Positions 15,553 to 25,215 of a DNA stretch of 37,145 nt are shown in pieces. A model generated the notes under the pieces. The model made no database searches and was not told the DNA's origin. It worked only from the letters and a program-made list of their open reading frames with translations. A program made the translations under genes and the position numbers. Position 1 is the stretch's first letter, and each line of letters opens with the position of its first letter. The stretch is from IMG/VR virus record IMGVR_UViG_3300046786_000034, positions 1 through 37,145 of that record. One strand, written 5' to 3'. This DNA comes from a virus. Its lineage: Duplodnaviria > Caudoviricetes.

Positions 15553-17607
15553 TTAAACTCCATAGCGCAGGGTGAACAAGGGGCTGCTGCCTGTTGCGTA
15601 GGTAACAGCAGGAAATGTAGCAGGCAGTGTGCCGTAGGTGGCTGAGCCTCTCATTACGGTGTCAGCCGTACCGATGGCGGCCACGCCAACGGCGGCCAAA
15701 GCGGCGTCGCTCAGTGTGCCTGCCTTGACAGTTGCGCCTGAGTTGTTGGCAAGAATAATGAGCGCGTACATGCCAGCAGGCAAGACTTGAGAAATTGTGA
15801 TCTCTTTAGTGCCTGACGACTCCAAACCCAACGCGCCAGCGTCTAACACTCGCGTTGTAGGGATGCCGTTCTCCATGCGGTAGATGCCAAGATACGCAAA
15901 CACGCCAGCCGTGCCAGTTGTGACATTGCAACCAATCTTTGTCCACAACTGTTGCTGACGCACAACGAATGGCGTGGCGTACATGGTGTTGGCGGCGATG
16001 GCCAAAGTGCCAGAGGCGGCAGGCGTGAGCGCCTCGCCAGCGTAGTAGCGACCAGCGGCGTAACCACCATAATCAAACACATCAAACGCGCCTGGGTTGT
16101 CGCGGAAGATTTGCGAGATGGACGCTTGGTTAGGCGTGACATAGATCGCTTGGCCAGATGTCCAAGTGTTGCCGTTCATTTGGTTGTCGTTGACCGTGAT
16201 GTACTGAGGGCCAGAAGCTGTGCCGTAGAAATACACAGCAGCGTAAGCATCGCTTGCGGGAGCCCACATGTTGTTGCCAACGATCAAGATGTAGCGTGGC
16301 TGGTTAGGGCTTGCGGTCAGTGAGATAAAGCCAACGCAGCTTGCGTTAGGGAATGAAGCGCTGTCGCGTCTTGGGTTATACAAAGTATTACCCGTGATCG
16401 TGGCGTACTGCACATCGGTAAGTGAGATGCAATCGCTGTCGGTGTCGCCAATAAAGTTGCCGCTGATCGTGTGGAAGCCGCCACCAACTTCAATGCCAGA
16501 CGCAGAGATGTACTTTTTAGTTTGACCGCTGATCCAGTTGTTAGAGATGACGTTGTTGCTGCCGGTCATAAAAATGCCCGACTCTTTGTTGCTCGACAAG
16601 TAGTTGCCAATGATCGACAAGCGGTTGCCGTTGGCGTACATGGCAGACCAGTTGTTGTTGTTAAAGTTACACTCGTTGACGCTGATGTCAAACGATATGG
16701 TGGTGTCGCCTGCTGGCCCCATCCACAGCGCTGCGCCGCCCTCAATGATGACGCTGTCGCTTCCGCACTCGCTAAACGAGCAACTTGACACGACAACAGC
16801 CAAACAACCAGCCAAAGCCAAGCCAATGTATTGCACGTTGTAGACTTGGCAATTAGTGATGTGCAAGTCGTTGACTTTGCCAAACGACACCAACTCAGCC
16901 GTGCGCGAACCTAAGTTGTTGCCGTCAAAACGGATGTTGCTAAGAGTAATACCAACGTCGGTGTAGGCGTAAGCCGTGCCAGACTGGTTAAAGTTCTTGA
17001 GCAGCGCAGTTGACGCGCCCAAAGTGCCTTTGGCCTTGATGATGGATGTTGTAGGCGAGTCGCCGTACATGTTTGTGCCGCTGTAGATTGTCAGGCCTGT
17101 GCAAAGGTATGTACCGGCGGGGACGTACAAAGATTTGCCAGCAGCCGCTGTCAGCGCGTTTTGAAACGCTGTCGTGTCGTCTGTCGTGCCGTCACCAGTA
17201 GCACCAAAGTCTTTGACGCTCAAGTTTTGGCGAAGTTTGGCCTGCACAGTTGTTGTGACCGCGCCAGTGCCAGATGGTGTGTAACCGACCAAAGACGCGC
17301 CAGTTGCGCCAGCCAAAGTCGTAATAAACGCATCAATTGATGTGATGTTGTCAACTGTCCAAATCTCAGTGTCTGTAGATGTGGTCAATTTAAATTTGTA
17401 CGAGCCAGAGCCAAGCCACACATTAGCTTCGCCACGCGAATCCAAGATAATTGGATTGGTGTTAGCAGTTACACCAGCCGAGTCAACGTAAGTCGCTAGG
17501 GGCGTTGTCGTGCCTGCTGCGTAGGTGTAGAGTTTGCCGCCAACTAGCAAGTCGCCGCTAGATGCAAAGAACTGTAGTTTTGGGCTGGGGGATAGCATTG
17601 CAGTCAT
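15553..17607 (-). CDS. Tailspike with head-binding N-domain and pectate-lyase-like beta-helix (putative depolymerase)
   Basis: ATG 17607 after AAGGA; GGKLYTYAAGTTTP...NPIILDSRGEA N-domain; SVKDFGATGDGTTDDTTAFQNAL...YVPAGTY; Asn-ladder repeats. Confidence 0.88.
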   Translation of the reverse strand: MTAMLSPSPKLQFFASSGDLLVGGKLYTYAAGTTTPLATYVDSAGVTANTNPIILDSRGEANVWLGSGSYKFKLTTSTDTEIWTVDNITSIDAFITTLAGATGASLVGYTPSGTGAVTTTVQAKLRQNLSVKDFGATGDGTTDDTTAFQNALTAAAGKSLYVPAGTYLCTGLTIYSGTNMYGDSPTTSIIKAKGTLGASTALLKNFNQSGTAYAYTDVGITLSNIRFDGNNLGSRTAELVSFGKVNDLHITNCQVYNVQYIGLALAGCLAVVVSSCSFSECGSDSVIIEGGAALWMGPAGDTTISFDISVNECNFNNNNWSAMYANGNRLSIIGNYLSSNKESGIFMTGSNNVISNNWISGQTKKYISASGIEVGGGFHTISGNFIGDTDSDCISLTDVQYATITGNTLYNPRRDSASFPNASCVGFISLTASPNQPRYILIVGNNMWAPASDAYAAVYFYGTASGPQYITVNDNQMNGNTWTSGQAIYVTPNQASISQIFRDNPGAFDVFDYGGYAAGRYYAGEALTPAASGTLAIAANTMYATPFVVRQQQLWTKIGCNVTTGTAGVFAYLGIYRMENGIPTTRVLDAGALGLESSGTKEITISQVLPAGMYALIILANNSGATVKAGTLSDAALAAVGVAAIGTADTVMRGSATYGTLPATFPAVTYATGSSPLFTLRYGV

Positions 17608-17615
17608 GTTTTTCC

Positions 17616-19550
17616 TTAAAGTGCGGCGATGACAAAAGCCAATAATTCTTCGTAACGCACGCCTAAACGAGTCTTGGAAGTTCCATCTAGTGTAGTCCAT
17701 GTGTCGCTACAAAACAAACCATATTTATAGGGATCCAGACCTTCCGCAACGAAAGCGTCATGGACATCTTGTGCGATCACACCAACGTGAATTCGCGCTC
17801 CGTCGCCCTTCTCGGCAACTGAATCATTGAATTTAAACTTACGGATCAAACCCTTAATGCGCTTGGCCACGGCCAACTCAGCGGCGTCAAGTTCTTCAAT
17901 CTGTTGTTTCTCGTTGCCGTCCGATGTCTGGATTGTGCCATTAACAGCGTACACTGCTGTCCAGCGCTGTGGGCCAGTACCAAGGCTGTAAGAAGCATCT
18001 GCGTAGGGTCTAAATGACACTGAGTCACCCACATAGCGAGGCGTGCCTGGGTAACTTGCGCCACTGGCCAACACCACACCATTAGCACCGCCCACAACGG
18101 CATAGGCGCTGTCTTCGCCAAGGTAAGCATTACTGGCTGACGCGCCGTCGGTTGTGGCGTAAGTGATGCCACGAAACTGGCTGGTGTAACTGGTAAACGA
18201 TTTTGCACCGCTGATTGTCTGGGCGTCAGTTGTCGTGACAATGCCTGCACCAGTTAACGAGGTTGCGCCAGTACCGCCGTAAGCCGTGCCGATAGCAGAA
18301 CCATTCCATGTACCACTTGTGACCGTACCGCTGATTGCCAAGTTAATGGTGTGCATACTGCTCCAGCGCTGGGTTCCAGTGCCGCAACTGTATGTAGCAT
18401 CTACAAAAGGCCGCCAAGAGATTGAGTCTCCAACGTACCGGCCAGTGCCAGGGAAAGTTGACCCACTGGCCACAACCAAGCCATTAACACCGCCAATCGT
18501 GGCATAAGCAGCGTTCTCGCCAAAGTATGCGTTATTGCCAGAGCCACCATCCGATGTCGTGAACGCCAGCGCCCTGAAATAGTTACTTGGGCCACTAAAG
18601 ATATTCTGGCCGGTAAAGGTGTTGTTGGCAGACAGCGTGGGGATGCCAGCCGCTGAAAGCGAACTAGCGCCAGTGCCGCCGTAGGCTGTGCCAATTACAT
18701 TACCATTCCATGTGCCGCTAGTTACCGTGCCGCTAACCGCCAAATTGACAGTGTGCATGCTACTCCACCGTTGCACGCCAGTACCGCAGCTATAAGTCGC
18801 ATCTATAAACGGACGCCAAGAAATCGAATCGCCAACATATCGCCCTGTTCCTGGGAAAGAAGTTCCGCTGGCCACAACCAATCCGTTAACGCCGCCAATT
18901 GTTGCGTAGGCGCTGTTCTCACCAAAGTAAGCATTGTTGCCTGAACCACCGTCAGATGTTGTAAAGGCCAGCGCCCTAAAGTAGTTGCTAGGCCCACTGA
19001 AAATGTTTTGGCCTGTAAAGGTGTTGTTGCCTGACAGCGTAGGGATGCCAGCGCCAGACAAAGATGTAGCCCCTGTACCGCCATTTGCCACCGGCAAAGG
19101 TATGCCGCTGTAGGAAATGGCAATAGTGCCGGTCGTGGTGATGGGTACGCCTGCAACATCCAAGAACGAAGGCACTGTGGCGTTGACGCTAGTGACCGTG
19201 CCTGCGCCAGACGAATCAATCACAAACGGCACGAGAGGCGGCTCAATACCAAAATTGGCAACGGGCTGAACCAAAGGTACAGCAGGGATGTTGCTAAAGT
19301 AGTCTGGCGAAGAGATTGGTTGCACAGGCGGCGTCAGGCCAAAGGCTTGTGCTAAAGCCAACTCAACCAAGTTTTGAGGTTGACCGGATGGTGGGCCGAC
19401 TTGCACATCGTCTAGACTAATCTGGTTGTTACCACTGCCGGTCAGCGTGAACAAATTTAAAAGAAAGCGATACCACTCACGCGAAATCAAGCCCGTGTTG
19501 GGGTCAATGAAAGGAACCCGTAAGGCAGGGATTTGCGTGACGTTAAGCAT
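17616..19550 (-). CDS. Tail fibre with three 134-aa repeats and C-terminal intramolecular chaperone (peptidase S74-like)
   Basis: TIQTSDGNEK cleavage motif, HVGVIAQDV and LGVRYEELLAF; internal repeats. Confidence 0.88.
   Translation of the reverse strand: MLNVTQIPALRVPFIDPNTGLISREWYRFLLNLFTLTGSGNNQISLDDVQVGPPSGQPQNLVELALAQAFGLTPPVQPISSPDYFSNIPAVPLVQPVANFGIEPPLVPFVIDSSGAGTVTSVNATVPSFLDVAGVPITTTGTIAISYSGIPLPVANGGTGATSLSGAGIPTLSGNNTFTGQNIFSGPSNYFRALAFTTSDGGSGNNAYFGENSAYATIGGVNGLVVASGTSFPGTGRYVGDSISWRPFIDATYSCGTGVQRWSSMHTVNLAVSGTVTSGTWNGNVIGTAYGGTGASSLSAAGIPTLSANNTFTGQNIFSGPSNYFRALAFTTSDGGSGNNAYFGENAAYATIGGVNGLVVASGSTFPGTGRYVGDSISWRPFVDATYSCGTGTQRWSSMHTINLAISGTVTSGTWNGSAIGTAYGGTGATSLTGAGIVTTTDAQTISGAKSFTSYTSQFRGITYATTDGASASNAYLGEDSAYAVVGGANGVVLASGASYPGTPRYVGDSVSFRPYADASYSLGTGPQRWTAVYAVNGTIQTSDGNEKQQIEELDAAELAVAKRIKGLIRKFKFNDSVAEKGDGARIHVGVIAQDVHDAFVAEGLDPYKYGLFCSDTWTTLDGTSKTRLGVRYEELLAFVIAAL
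17950..19082 (-). repeat. Three tandem 402-bp coding repeats (third divergent and truncated)
   Basis: GGTGA unit starts at 19082, 18680 and 18278; left boundary approximate. Confidence 0.85.
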
Positions 19551-21069
19551 TGGTTGCACTCGCGTGTAGTTCAGCGCCCATAATAGCAATCTTGATTGGG
19601 TCAGTGCCTGACAACTCGTAAACCCTGTCGCGCAGTTTGAGTGTCATGCCAAGGCGACGCCAAAAGATACGAGTGCCGTAAGCGCCCACAGCGCCACCAG
19701 CAGCCCAATGCTCGTTTGACCATGTGTGGCCACCATCATCTGACCAGCGCAACATAAACTGAGGTGCTATGTTGTAAGGAATTGTCCCTGAAGTTTGGCC
19801 AGTTAAATACTCGCCGTCTTCAGTAATTAAACGGTAGCCTTCTTCAGTAACAAGAAATTCAGCAACGGTTGTAGTGCCTAACAAAAGATGGCCAGCTTGA
19901 GCATCAAGTTGCAGGCTGTGGTGCGCTGAACGGTTCAGGTTGTTTTGTCCTGTTGGCAGCGCGCGCCATGAACGCAACCACTTTTGAATCTGGCCGTCAT
20001 CTGAGTAAACATCAAGGTCAAACGCATAGATGTTGCCGTTGGCGTAATCACCCACAACCACTTCGCTGTTAAACGCCATTTGGCAGTTTGACCAGTGGCG
20101 TGTGAAGTAACCATTGTCAAAGCCAGCACGCTCATGCCAAGCCTGTGTAGCCACATCGTACACCCAAGTGGCGTTGGCTGACGGAAAAGTCAGCACATAA
20201 AAGGCGTGACCGTCTTGTTGGTATGTGTAAGCGATGGCGTCAGAGATGTTGCCGTAGTCTTGGATCTGCCACTCAATCGCATGAGTAGAAACCCTAATGC
20301 CTGTGTAACCGTTAGCGCGGTAAACAATACCACGGCCACGGGCGTCAGCACCAAGCCAAAACAGGCCATTGTCAAGTTTTGCAACCGAGTAGGGGGCTAT
20401 GCAGCCAATCTCGTTAAACGCGCCTTGGATGCGCTGTAATGGGAAGTCAGGCGTGCCTGCGTCGTACCAAACCTCAACCGAGTTAGTGCCAAACAGCCAA
20501 GCCTCGCGGTGGTCAACAATCAACGCCACCAAACCGTCTGGCGCACCTTCAGCGCTTGCAAAATCAAGCGGGTCAACGGATGTGCCATCCAAAAGGCTAG
20601 TCACCCAGATTTGCTGACTGTTAGGCGGGTTGAAAACAAAGTAGCCGTCCAGATAGCCCACCGTCACAGCGCCTGGGAAGTCTGGGTCAGAGATCTGTAC
20701 AAACTGGCCAGTCTGCGTGTTGTAAATAAAGCCGCTTGGGTTGCAAGCAATAAAAATCTGCACACCGTTGTCAGACATGCTGACAGGGCCTGTGCCGTTA
20801 ACCGTGCCAAGCGCGGTGTATGTCCAATCTTTGTTTATCTGGTAGAACGTCTGGTCAGACACGGCGTAACCGTACTCGCCAAGCGTCCACAGGCCGCGAA
20901 CAGGGCCGTCGCCTACAGTGGCCAGCTTACGAAGGCCAGGCGCTCGTTGAAGGTACGCCGCCTCTTTGCCGCCCTCGGGGATCGCCTCGGGAAACAGATT
21001 GACCATGCGGTTGTCGGCAGCGTTGACGCTGCGTGCAACGTAACTGCTGCCAAGAATCGGCGTCTTCAT
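19543..21069 (-). CDS. Tail hub/DNA stabilisation protein, P22 gp10-like
   Basis: VGYLDGYFVF, FASAEGAPD, FGTNSVEVW, YTYQQDGHAFYVLTFP, TWVYD.ATQAWHER, LRWSDDGG.TW. Confidence 0.88.
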   Translation of the reverse strand: MKTPILGSSYVARSVNAADNRMVNLFPEAIPEGGKEAAYLQRAPGLRKLATVGDGPVRGLWTLGEYGYAVSDQTFYQINKDWTYTALGTVNGTGPVSMSDNGVQIFIACNPSGFIYNTQTGQFVQISDPDFPGAVTVGYLDGYFVFNPPNSQQIWVTSLLDGTSVDPLDFASAEGAPDGLVALIVDHREAWLFGTNSVEVWYDAGTPDFPLQRIQGAFNEIGCIAPYSVAKLDNGLFWLGADARGRGIVYRANGYTGIRVSTHAIEWQIQDYGNISDAIAYTYQQDGHAFYVLTFPSANATWVYDVATQAWHERAGFDNGYFTRHWSNCQMAFNSEVVVGDYANGNIYAFDLDVYSDDGQIQKWLRSWRALPTGQNNLNRSAHHSLQLDAQAGHLLLGTTTVAEFLVTEEGYRLITEDGEYLTGQTSGTIPYNIAPQFMLRWSDDGGHTWSNEHWAAGGAVGAYGTRIFWRRLGMTLKLRDRVYELSGTDPIKIAIMGAELHASATNA

Positions 21070-21782
21070 TAGTAGTTACCCGCATAGATGTTGAAGCGCT
21101 GGCGATTGGCCACCAAAGCGTAGGGCAGTGCCATCACATCGTCTGGGTTGTTGATGCGCTTCAAATTACGCTTAGAAGTCATGGCTATGCGCTGCACTTG
21201 TGGGCTTGGCTCAACGCCAAACTCAGGGGCAAATTCCATGGCCAAGTTGTAGGTGAAGGCACGCAGATAGCCAGGCGGGAAGTTCAGTTGCGTGTCAAGC
21301 GTTGCCGGTTGTGTCAACTCTTGCACAGAAACAAAGTGCCACTCCAAAACTTGCGTGGGTTTTGGATAGATGTACATCTCCACATTGGGATACGTCATGT
21401 TGACGAAAATCACTTGTGGGTATGTTGATGTGACATTCTTAACAGCAATACCGTTGTACTGCTGTTGATTGATAAATTTGATGCCGTATGACACACCACT
21501 TGGCGCTTTGAAATATGTCGCGTCGTCAAACAACACAGGACGGTTGCCGACAAAGTCGCCAGTTGGGCCAAGCGTGCGGCTAAGTACACTAGCAGGCCAG
21601 TTAAAAACTTGATCCTGAGTGCAAAACACAGACAAACGCTCCGTGTTCCACGACTCAATCATCTGGTTCATGGCCATCAAGGCGTCGTTGGACATGGATG
21701 CGGAAGGCGTCTCGCCTTCGGCCAGTATACCTAGCAGTCGCAATGCTCGGTTGATTTGCTCGCCAGCGGTATACGTTGCCAT
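21069..21782 (-). CDS. Head-tail adaptor, P22 gp4-like
   Basis: INRALRLLG...GET...DAL..MN.MIESW and FPPGYLRAFTYNLAMEFAPEFG. Confidence 0.8.
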   Translation of the reverse strand: MATYTAGEQINRALRLLGILAEGETPSASMSNDALMAMNQMIESWNTERLSVFCTQDQVFNWPASVLSRTLGPTGDFVGNRPVLFDDATYFKAPSGVSYGIKFINQQQYNGIAVKNVTSTYPQVIFVNMTYPNVEMYIYPKPTQVLEWHFVSVQELTQPATLDTQLNFPPGYLRAFTYNLAMEFAPEFGVEPSPQVQRIAMTSKRNLKRINNPDDVMALPYALVANRQRFNIYAGNY

Positions 21783-21784
21783 GT

Positions 21785-21979
21785 TCAGACTCCTTCGATT
21801 GTTTCCTCTACCGGCTTAGACCGGCGGCGCTTGATCTCCAACGTGTTCACCACGGGAGCCGCTTGTTCGGGCGTGTCTGGATTGTAGCGCGTCCAGCCAT
21901 TTTTTTCATCTGCTTCGGCCTCAAGTTCCATGGTGGCAACTTTAGCGCCGTGAACAGGGTGAATCATTGTAATGTTCAT
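21785..21979 (-). CDS. 64-aa hypothetical virion-module protein
   Basis: HP.HGAKV...GW motif and basic tail; lies between capsid and adaptor genes. Confidence 0.7.
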   Translation of the reverse strand: MNITMIHPVHGAKVATMELEAEADEKNGWTRYNPDTPEQAAPVVNTLEIKRRRSKPVEETIEGV

Positions 21980-21985
21980 ATTAAG

Positions 21986-22006
21986 AAGGGGGTGATTAGC
22001 CCCCTT
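21986..22006 (-). terminator. Hairpin, possible terminator after capsid accessory genes
   Basis: AAGGGGG-N7-CCCCCTT with only a weak U-tract. Confidence 0.55.
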
Positions 22007-22010
22007 TGGT

Positions 22011-22415
22011 TTAAACCGCGCCGTGAATAATGGCGAAGTTAATGATGACAGCTTCAGAGTAGGAAGTACCGCTTAGATTACGCAAAGTAACAACAGCAGA
22101 ACCAGAGGTCATGCTAGAGATGTACGTTGTGTAAGCGCCAGCCGTGCCGTTACCTGAGACATTGACAATGATTGTGTCGTTTGCGCTAATTGTTGAATTG
22201 GTAAGCGTAAACGATACGGCTGCACCGCCAGCCAAAGCAGCGTTGTTCATTGTGATGCGACCAGCAGACTTGTTTAGAGTTACCCCTGTGGACTTGTCTG
22301 TAGATTGCGTCACAGTGCCTTGAGCCGCAGCAGCGTAGCCGATTTCCTCGGTTGCGTACATTGTGCTGAATTCGGGATCCAGATATGCAACGCCGGTAGC
22401 TTTGGTATTTGACAT
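22011..22415 (-). CDS. Capsid accessory/decoration-like protein
   Basis: GTVTQ.T.KSTGVTLNK..G.ITMNNAALA; strong RBS; downstream of the coat gene. Confidence 0.6.
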   Translation of the reverse strand: MSNTKATGVAYLDPEFSTMYATEEIGYAAAAQGTVTQSTDKSTGVTLNKSAGRITMNNAALAGGAAVSFTLTNSTISANDTIIVNVSGNGTAGAYTTYISSMTSGSAVVTLRNLSGTSYSEAVIINFAIIHGAV

Positions 22416-22426
22416 AGTTTTTCCTT

Positions 22427-22448
22427 AAAAATAGGGGCCGAAGCCCCT
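22427..22448 (-). terminator. Intrinsic terminator
   Basis: AGGGGC-TTCG-GCCCCT followed by ATTTTT on the minus strand. Confidence 0.75.
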
Positions 22449-22454
22449 TTGGGA

Positions 22455-22850
22455 TTAGGAAATGCGGTATGCAGTCCAAGTACCATCGCCGGTTTTACGG
22501 GCGCGGAAGTGAGCAGAAGTAGACAGGGCAACAGCGGCAGCGCCGACAATTGTCCAGCCAGTGCCAACTGCCAGCGTAACAGCATCTGCGCCATCGGTAT
22601 TGATGACGAAGAAGTCGAACGCTGCGTTAACTTTCTGAGCGCTGCTGATGCTTGCTTCCAAGTCAGCAACTGTAGGCAAAGTCAAATTGCCAGCAGTGCC
22701 GTTGAAAGTAAACAAACCATTTGCCAACTGAGCCGCTGTAGCGGTAGCGGCAGCAGTCAACGCTGTAGGAGCGCCTTGCACGAACAGTTGTGCTTCACCG
22801 ACGTTACCGTCGCCGATCTGATAACCGCCTGCACCATTAGGTAATGCCAT
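22455..22850 (-). CDS. Capsid decoration/cement-like protein
   Basis: Ala/Thr-rich, LTLPT.ADL motif; immediately after the coat gene. Confidence 0.6.
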   Translation of the reverse strand: MALPNGAGGYQIGDGNVGEAQLFVQGAPTALTAAATATAAQLANGLFTFNGTAGNLTLPTVADLEASISSAQKVNAAFDFFVINTDGADAVTLAVGTGWTIVGAAAVALSTSAHFRARKTGDGTWTAYRIS

Positions 22851-22878
22851 GATAATTTTCCTTTAAAAGAATTACTGA

Positions 22879-24081
22879 TTAACCCCAGAGGCGGCAGGCC
22901 ATCTGTGGACGAATGGCGCTGTAGCCATACAAAACGTCGATACGGCAAGGCATACGATCGTTGTTAATGTCGTACTGACGAACAACGCGCAAGCTGATAC
23001 CGTTGTGAACAGCGCGGGCAGCCATGTCAACACCTTGGGGCAACAACAAGTCAGCGGTCGCAAATGTGATCGCATCTTTGTGGTAAACCAAGTTTTGAGC
23101 GTATTGGCTGGATGCTGCGCCAACGAACACGACAGCTTTGCTGTTACCAGGCAAAGAATCCACAGTTGCCAGCGCATTGCCAGAAGAGTAGATCGGAGCA
23201 ACGGTCACAGTGATGGAAGTGCTAACAGCAGTAGCGTCAGCAGCAGCAACGAACTGGAACAAAGAACCAGTTGACTCGCGTGTCTGTGGGTTAACAGCGT
23301 AGCAGTCAGCGATAGTGAATACATCGCCTTGCTTAACAGTCACGCCAGAACCAACGGTCATGGAGATGCTAGTTGCGCCTTCAGAAGTCACAGCAGCGGA
23401 GGTAGAGTTACCAGTTGCACCGCGAGTACCAGTTGTGAACTGCTTGATAGACTGAGACATGTTGACTTCGTCATAGCCCAACACGCCAGTACCCATCATG
23501 CCGTTCTTAAACTGCTTGCTGATGGTGTCTGTAGGATTGAACAGACCCTTCATGCCTTCAACCAAACCAGCGTTAGCGGCTGGGTTGACGGTGGCGTAAC
23601 GGGGGTTCATCACAGCGGCGTTTTCGTTCAGCTTCTGCTGGGCTTGGAGCAAGACCAAAGAAGTAGAAGGAGTTGTGCCAGGTGTGCCGACAGAGTTACC
23701 GATGTATTTGTACGCATTGGCCACATCAGCGTCGATAGAAGAAGCCAACTGGCTGATACGAGGCTTCAACACACGCTCTGCGAAGTCATCCAATTGCATG
23801 GTCAATTCAGCAGATGTGAAGTTGACGCCGATGTGCTTTTGGCTGGCAACGGTCAAAGTGGTGAACTGTTCGTTGTCGTCTTGAACTTGCAAGGCAGCGC
23901 CGTCAGTTACCAAAGCGCGGTCGGGTAAACGGATACGCAGTGTGGAGCCAATTTTGGCGCCTTCAACAGCGAAAGAATCGTCATATTGACGGTTCACGTT
24001 ACGGGTGAGAACGAGGTTGTTCTCCAAGATCTCAAGGGCCTTCCTTGTGATCATGTCAATCGTCAGAATACTATTAGACAT
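22879..24081 (-). CDS. Major capsid protein, P22 coat family
   Basis: MSNSILTIDMITRKALEILENNL, KIGSTLRIRLP, NLVYHKDAITFATADL, RIDVLYGY..IRP..ACR. Confidence 0.93.
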   Translation of the reverse strand: MSNSILTIDMITRKALEILENNLVLTRNVNRQYDDSFAVEGAKIGSTLRIRLPDRALVTDGAALQVQDDNEQFTTLTVASQKHIGVNFTSAELTMQLDDFAERVLKPRISQLASSIDADVANAYKYIGNSVGTPGTTPSTSLVLLQAQQKLNENAAVMNPRYATVNPAANAGLVEGMKGLFNPTDTISKQFKNGMMGTGVLGYDEVNMSQSIKQFTTGTRGATGNSTSAAVTSEGATSISMTVGSGVTVKQGDVFTIADCYAVNPQTRESTGSLFQFVAAADATAVSTSITVTVAPIYSSGNALATVDSLPGNSKAVVFVGAASSQYAQNLVYHKDAITFATADLLLPQGVDMAARAVHNGISLRVVRQYDINNDRMPCRIDVLYGYSAIRPQMACRLWG

Positions 24082-24101
24082 TTTAAATCCTTAAAAAAAA
24101 G

Positions 24102-24866
24102 TTAGCGGAGACGCTGTTGGGCTTCCCACTTTTTCACTTGTCTGGCACGTTCGGCTTCAATCCACTGCGAATCGGTCATGGTCTTGGTAGACCGTGGATC
24201 CGTAGTGTCATAGGCCGACACTCCAGCGGAGCGTGCTGTGACGGGTGAAATCGGCGGGGGAGCCGACGTTGTTTTCTTCATGGGAGGGCTAGAGTCCAAT
24301 TTGGCCTCAATCTTCCCAATCTCTTTTGCCTGCAAAAATGGCGATAAACGAGCGATACGTTCCGCTTCTTTGATGTTGGTTCCAAGGTAGTAAGCTACAT
24401 CGGGGCCAATCTCAGAGTTTTGGATCGTCTCGGCCATCACGCTTGTAATTGGCACTTTGGGGTTGTAGGCGACTTGTTCAAAGTCGTCGTACTTGTCCCG
24501 CGCTGCTTCTTCACGGTCGTGATACTGCTCTAAGACTTCGGCTTGCTGCTTGGCCGCTTCGCGTTTGGCGATCAGTTCTTCTGCCTTTTGCAAGGTCAGT
24601 GCATCGGGGGTGTCCTCTGCATACTGCTCGATTGGCGCTGGCTGCGTTTGCTTGGCTGCCTGTTCTCTTTCCCATTTGCGCTGTTCTCTTGCGAGGCGCT
24701 TGCCGATCATCGCGTCGATTTCTGCTTGGGAGTATTTTTTCTCCGCAGCTTCGTCGGGTTGACTTTCAGCGACTTCCGGCGCATTTTCTACAACTTCAGG
24801 AGTGGCCGTCACTTCCGTCGTTGGCACGGAGTCTACTTCCGCTAGGGCTTGGACTTCTTCAGTCAT
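24102..24866 (-). CDS. Scaffolding protein
   Basis: Acidic N-terminus, coiled coil and GPDVAYYLG.N..EA.RIA motif; directly upstream of the coat gene. Confidence 0.85.
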   Translation of the reverse strand: MTEEVQALAEVDSVPTTEVTATPEVVENAPEVAESQPDEAAEKKYSQAEIDAMIGKRLAREQRKWEREQAAKQTQPAPIEQYAEDTPDALTLQKAEELIAKREAAKQQAEVLEQYHDREEAARDKYDDFEQVAYNPKVPITSVMAETIQNSEIGPDVAYYLGTNIKEAERIARLSPFLQAKEIGKIEAKLDSSPPMKKTTSAPPPISPVTARSAGVSAYDTTDPRSTKTMTDSQWIEAERARQVKKWEAQQRLR

Positions 24867-24910
24867 GTGTTTGAATCCTGAGATTCCCTGGTGAACCGCG
24901 CCAGTACGGT

Positions 24911-25204
24911 TTAAATTGTATCTGCTCCATTGTCAGATGCAACAATTATTTGTATCTCTTGAACAACAGGTTCTGGCCTGATCTCAACACGCACAGTGTA
25001 TACCACGCCGTCCTCTAAATACGGCTCACAGCCAACAAGCATTTCAGTTGCGCCGTCATGGGGCTTGCTGTTGACGATCTTGTAGCAGTCGTGGTCTGCG
25101 TAGAACTCTTCGTTAAAGCCAGCGAAGGAGAATGATGTCTGCGGGAACATTGTCCAGTAGTCGTCGATCACAAGCTGGCCGTCAATCAGTTTTGCAATTT
25201 TCAT
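24911..25204 (-). CDS. Small acidic protein, possible fibre-assembly factor
   Basis: ATG 25204 (MKIAK...MFPQTSF...EPYLEDGVVYTV); follows the LamG gene. Confidence 0.6.
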   Translation of the reverse strand: MKIAKLIDGQLVIDDYWTMFPQTSFSFAGFNEEFYADHDCYKIVNSKPHDGATEMLVGCEPYLEDGVVYTVRVEIRPEPVVQEIQIIVASDNGADTI

Positions 25205-25215
25205 GTTGTTTGCCT

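Noticed and set aside
17950-19082. Diversity-generating retroelement TR/VR pair
   Set aside because: No reverse transcriptase; differences are mostly synonymous, not adenine-specific, and all copies are in-frame coding.
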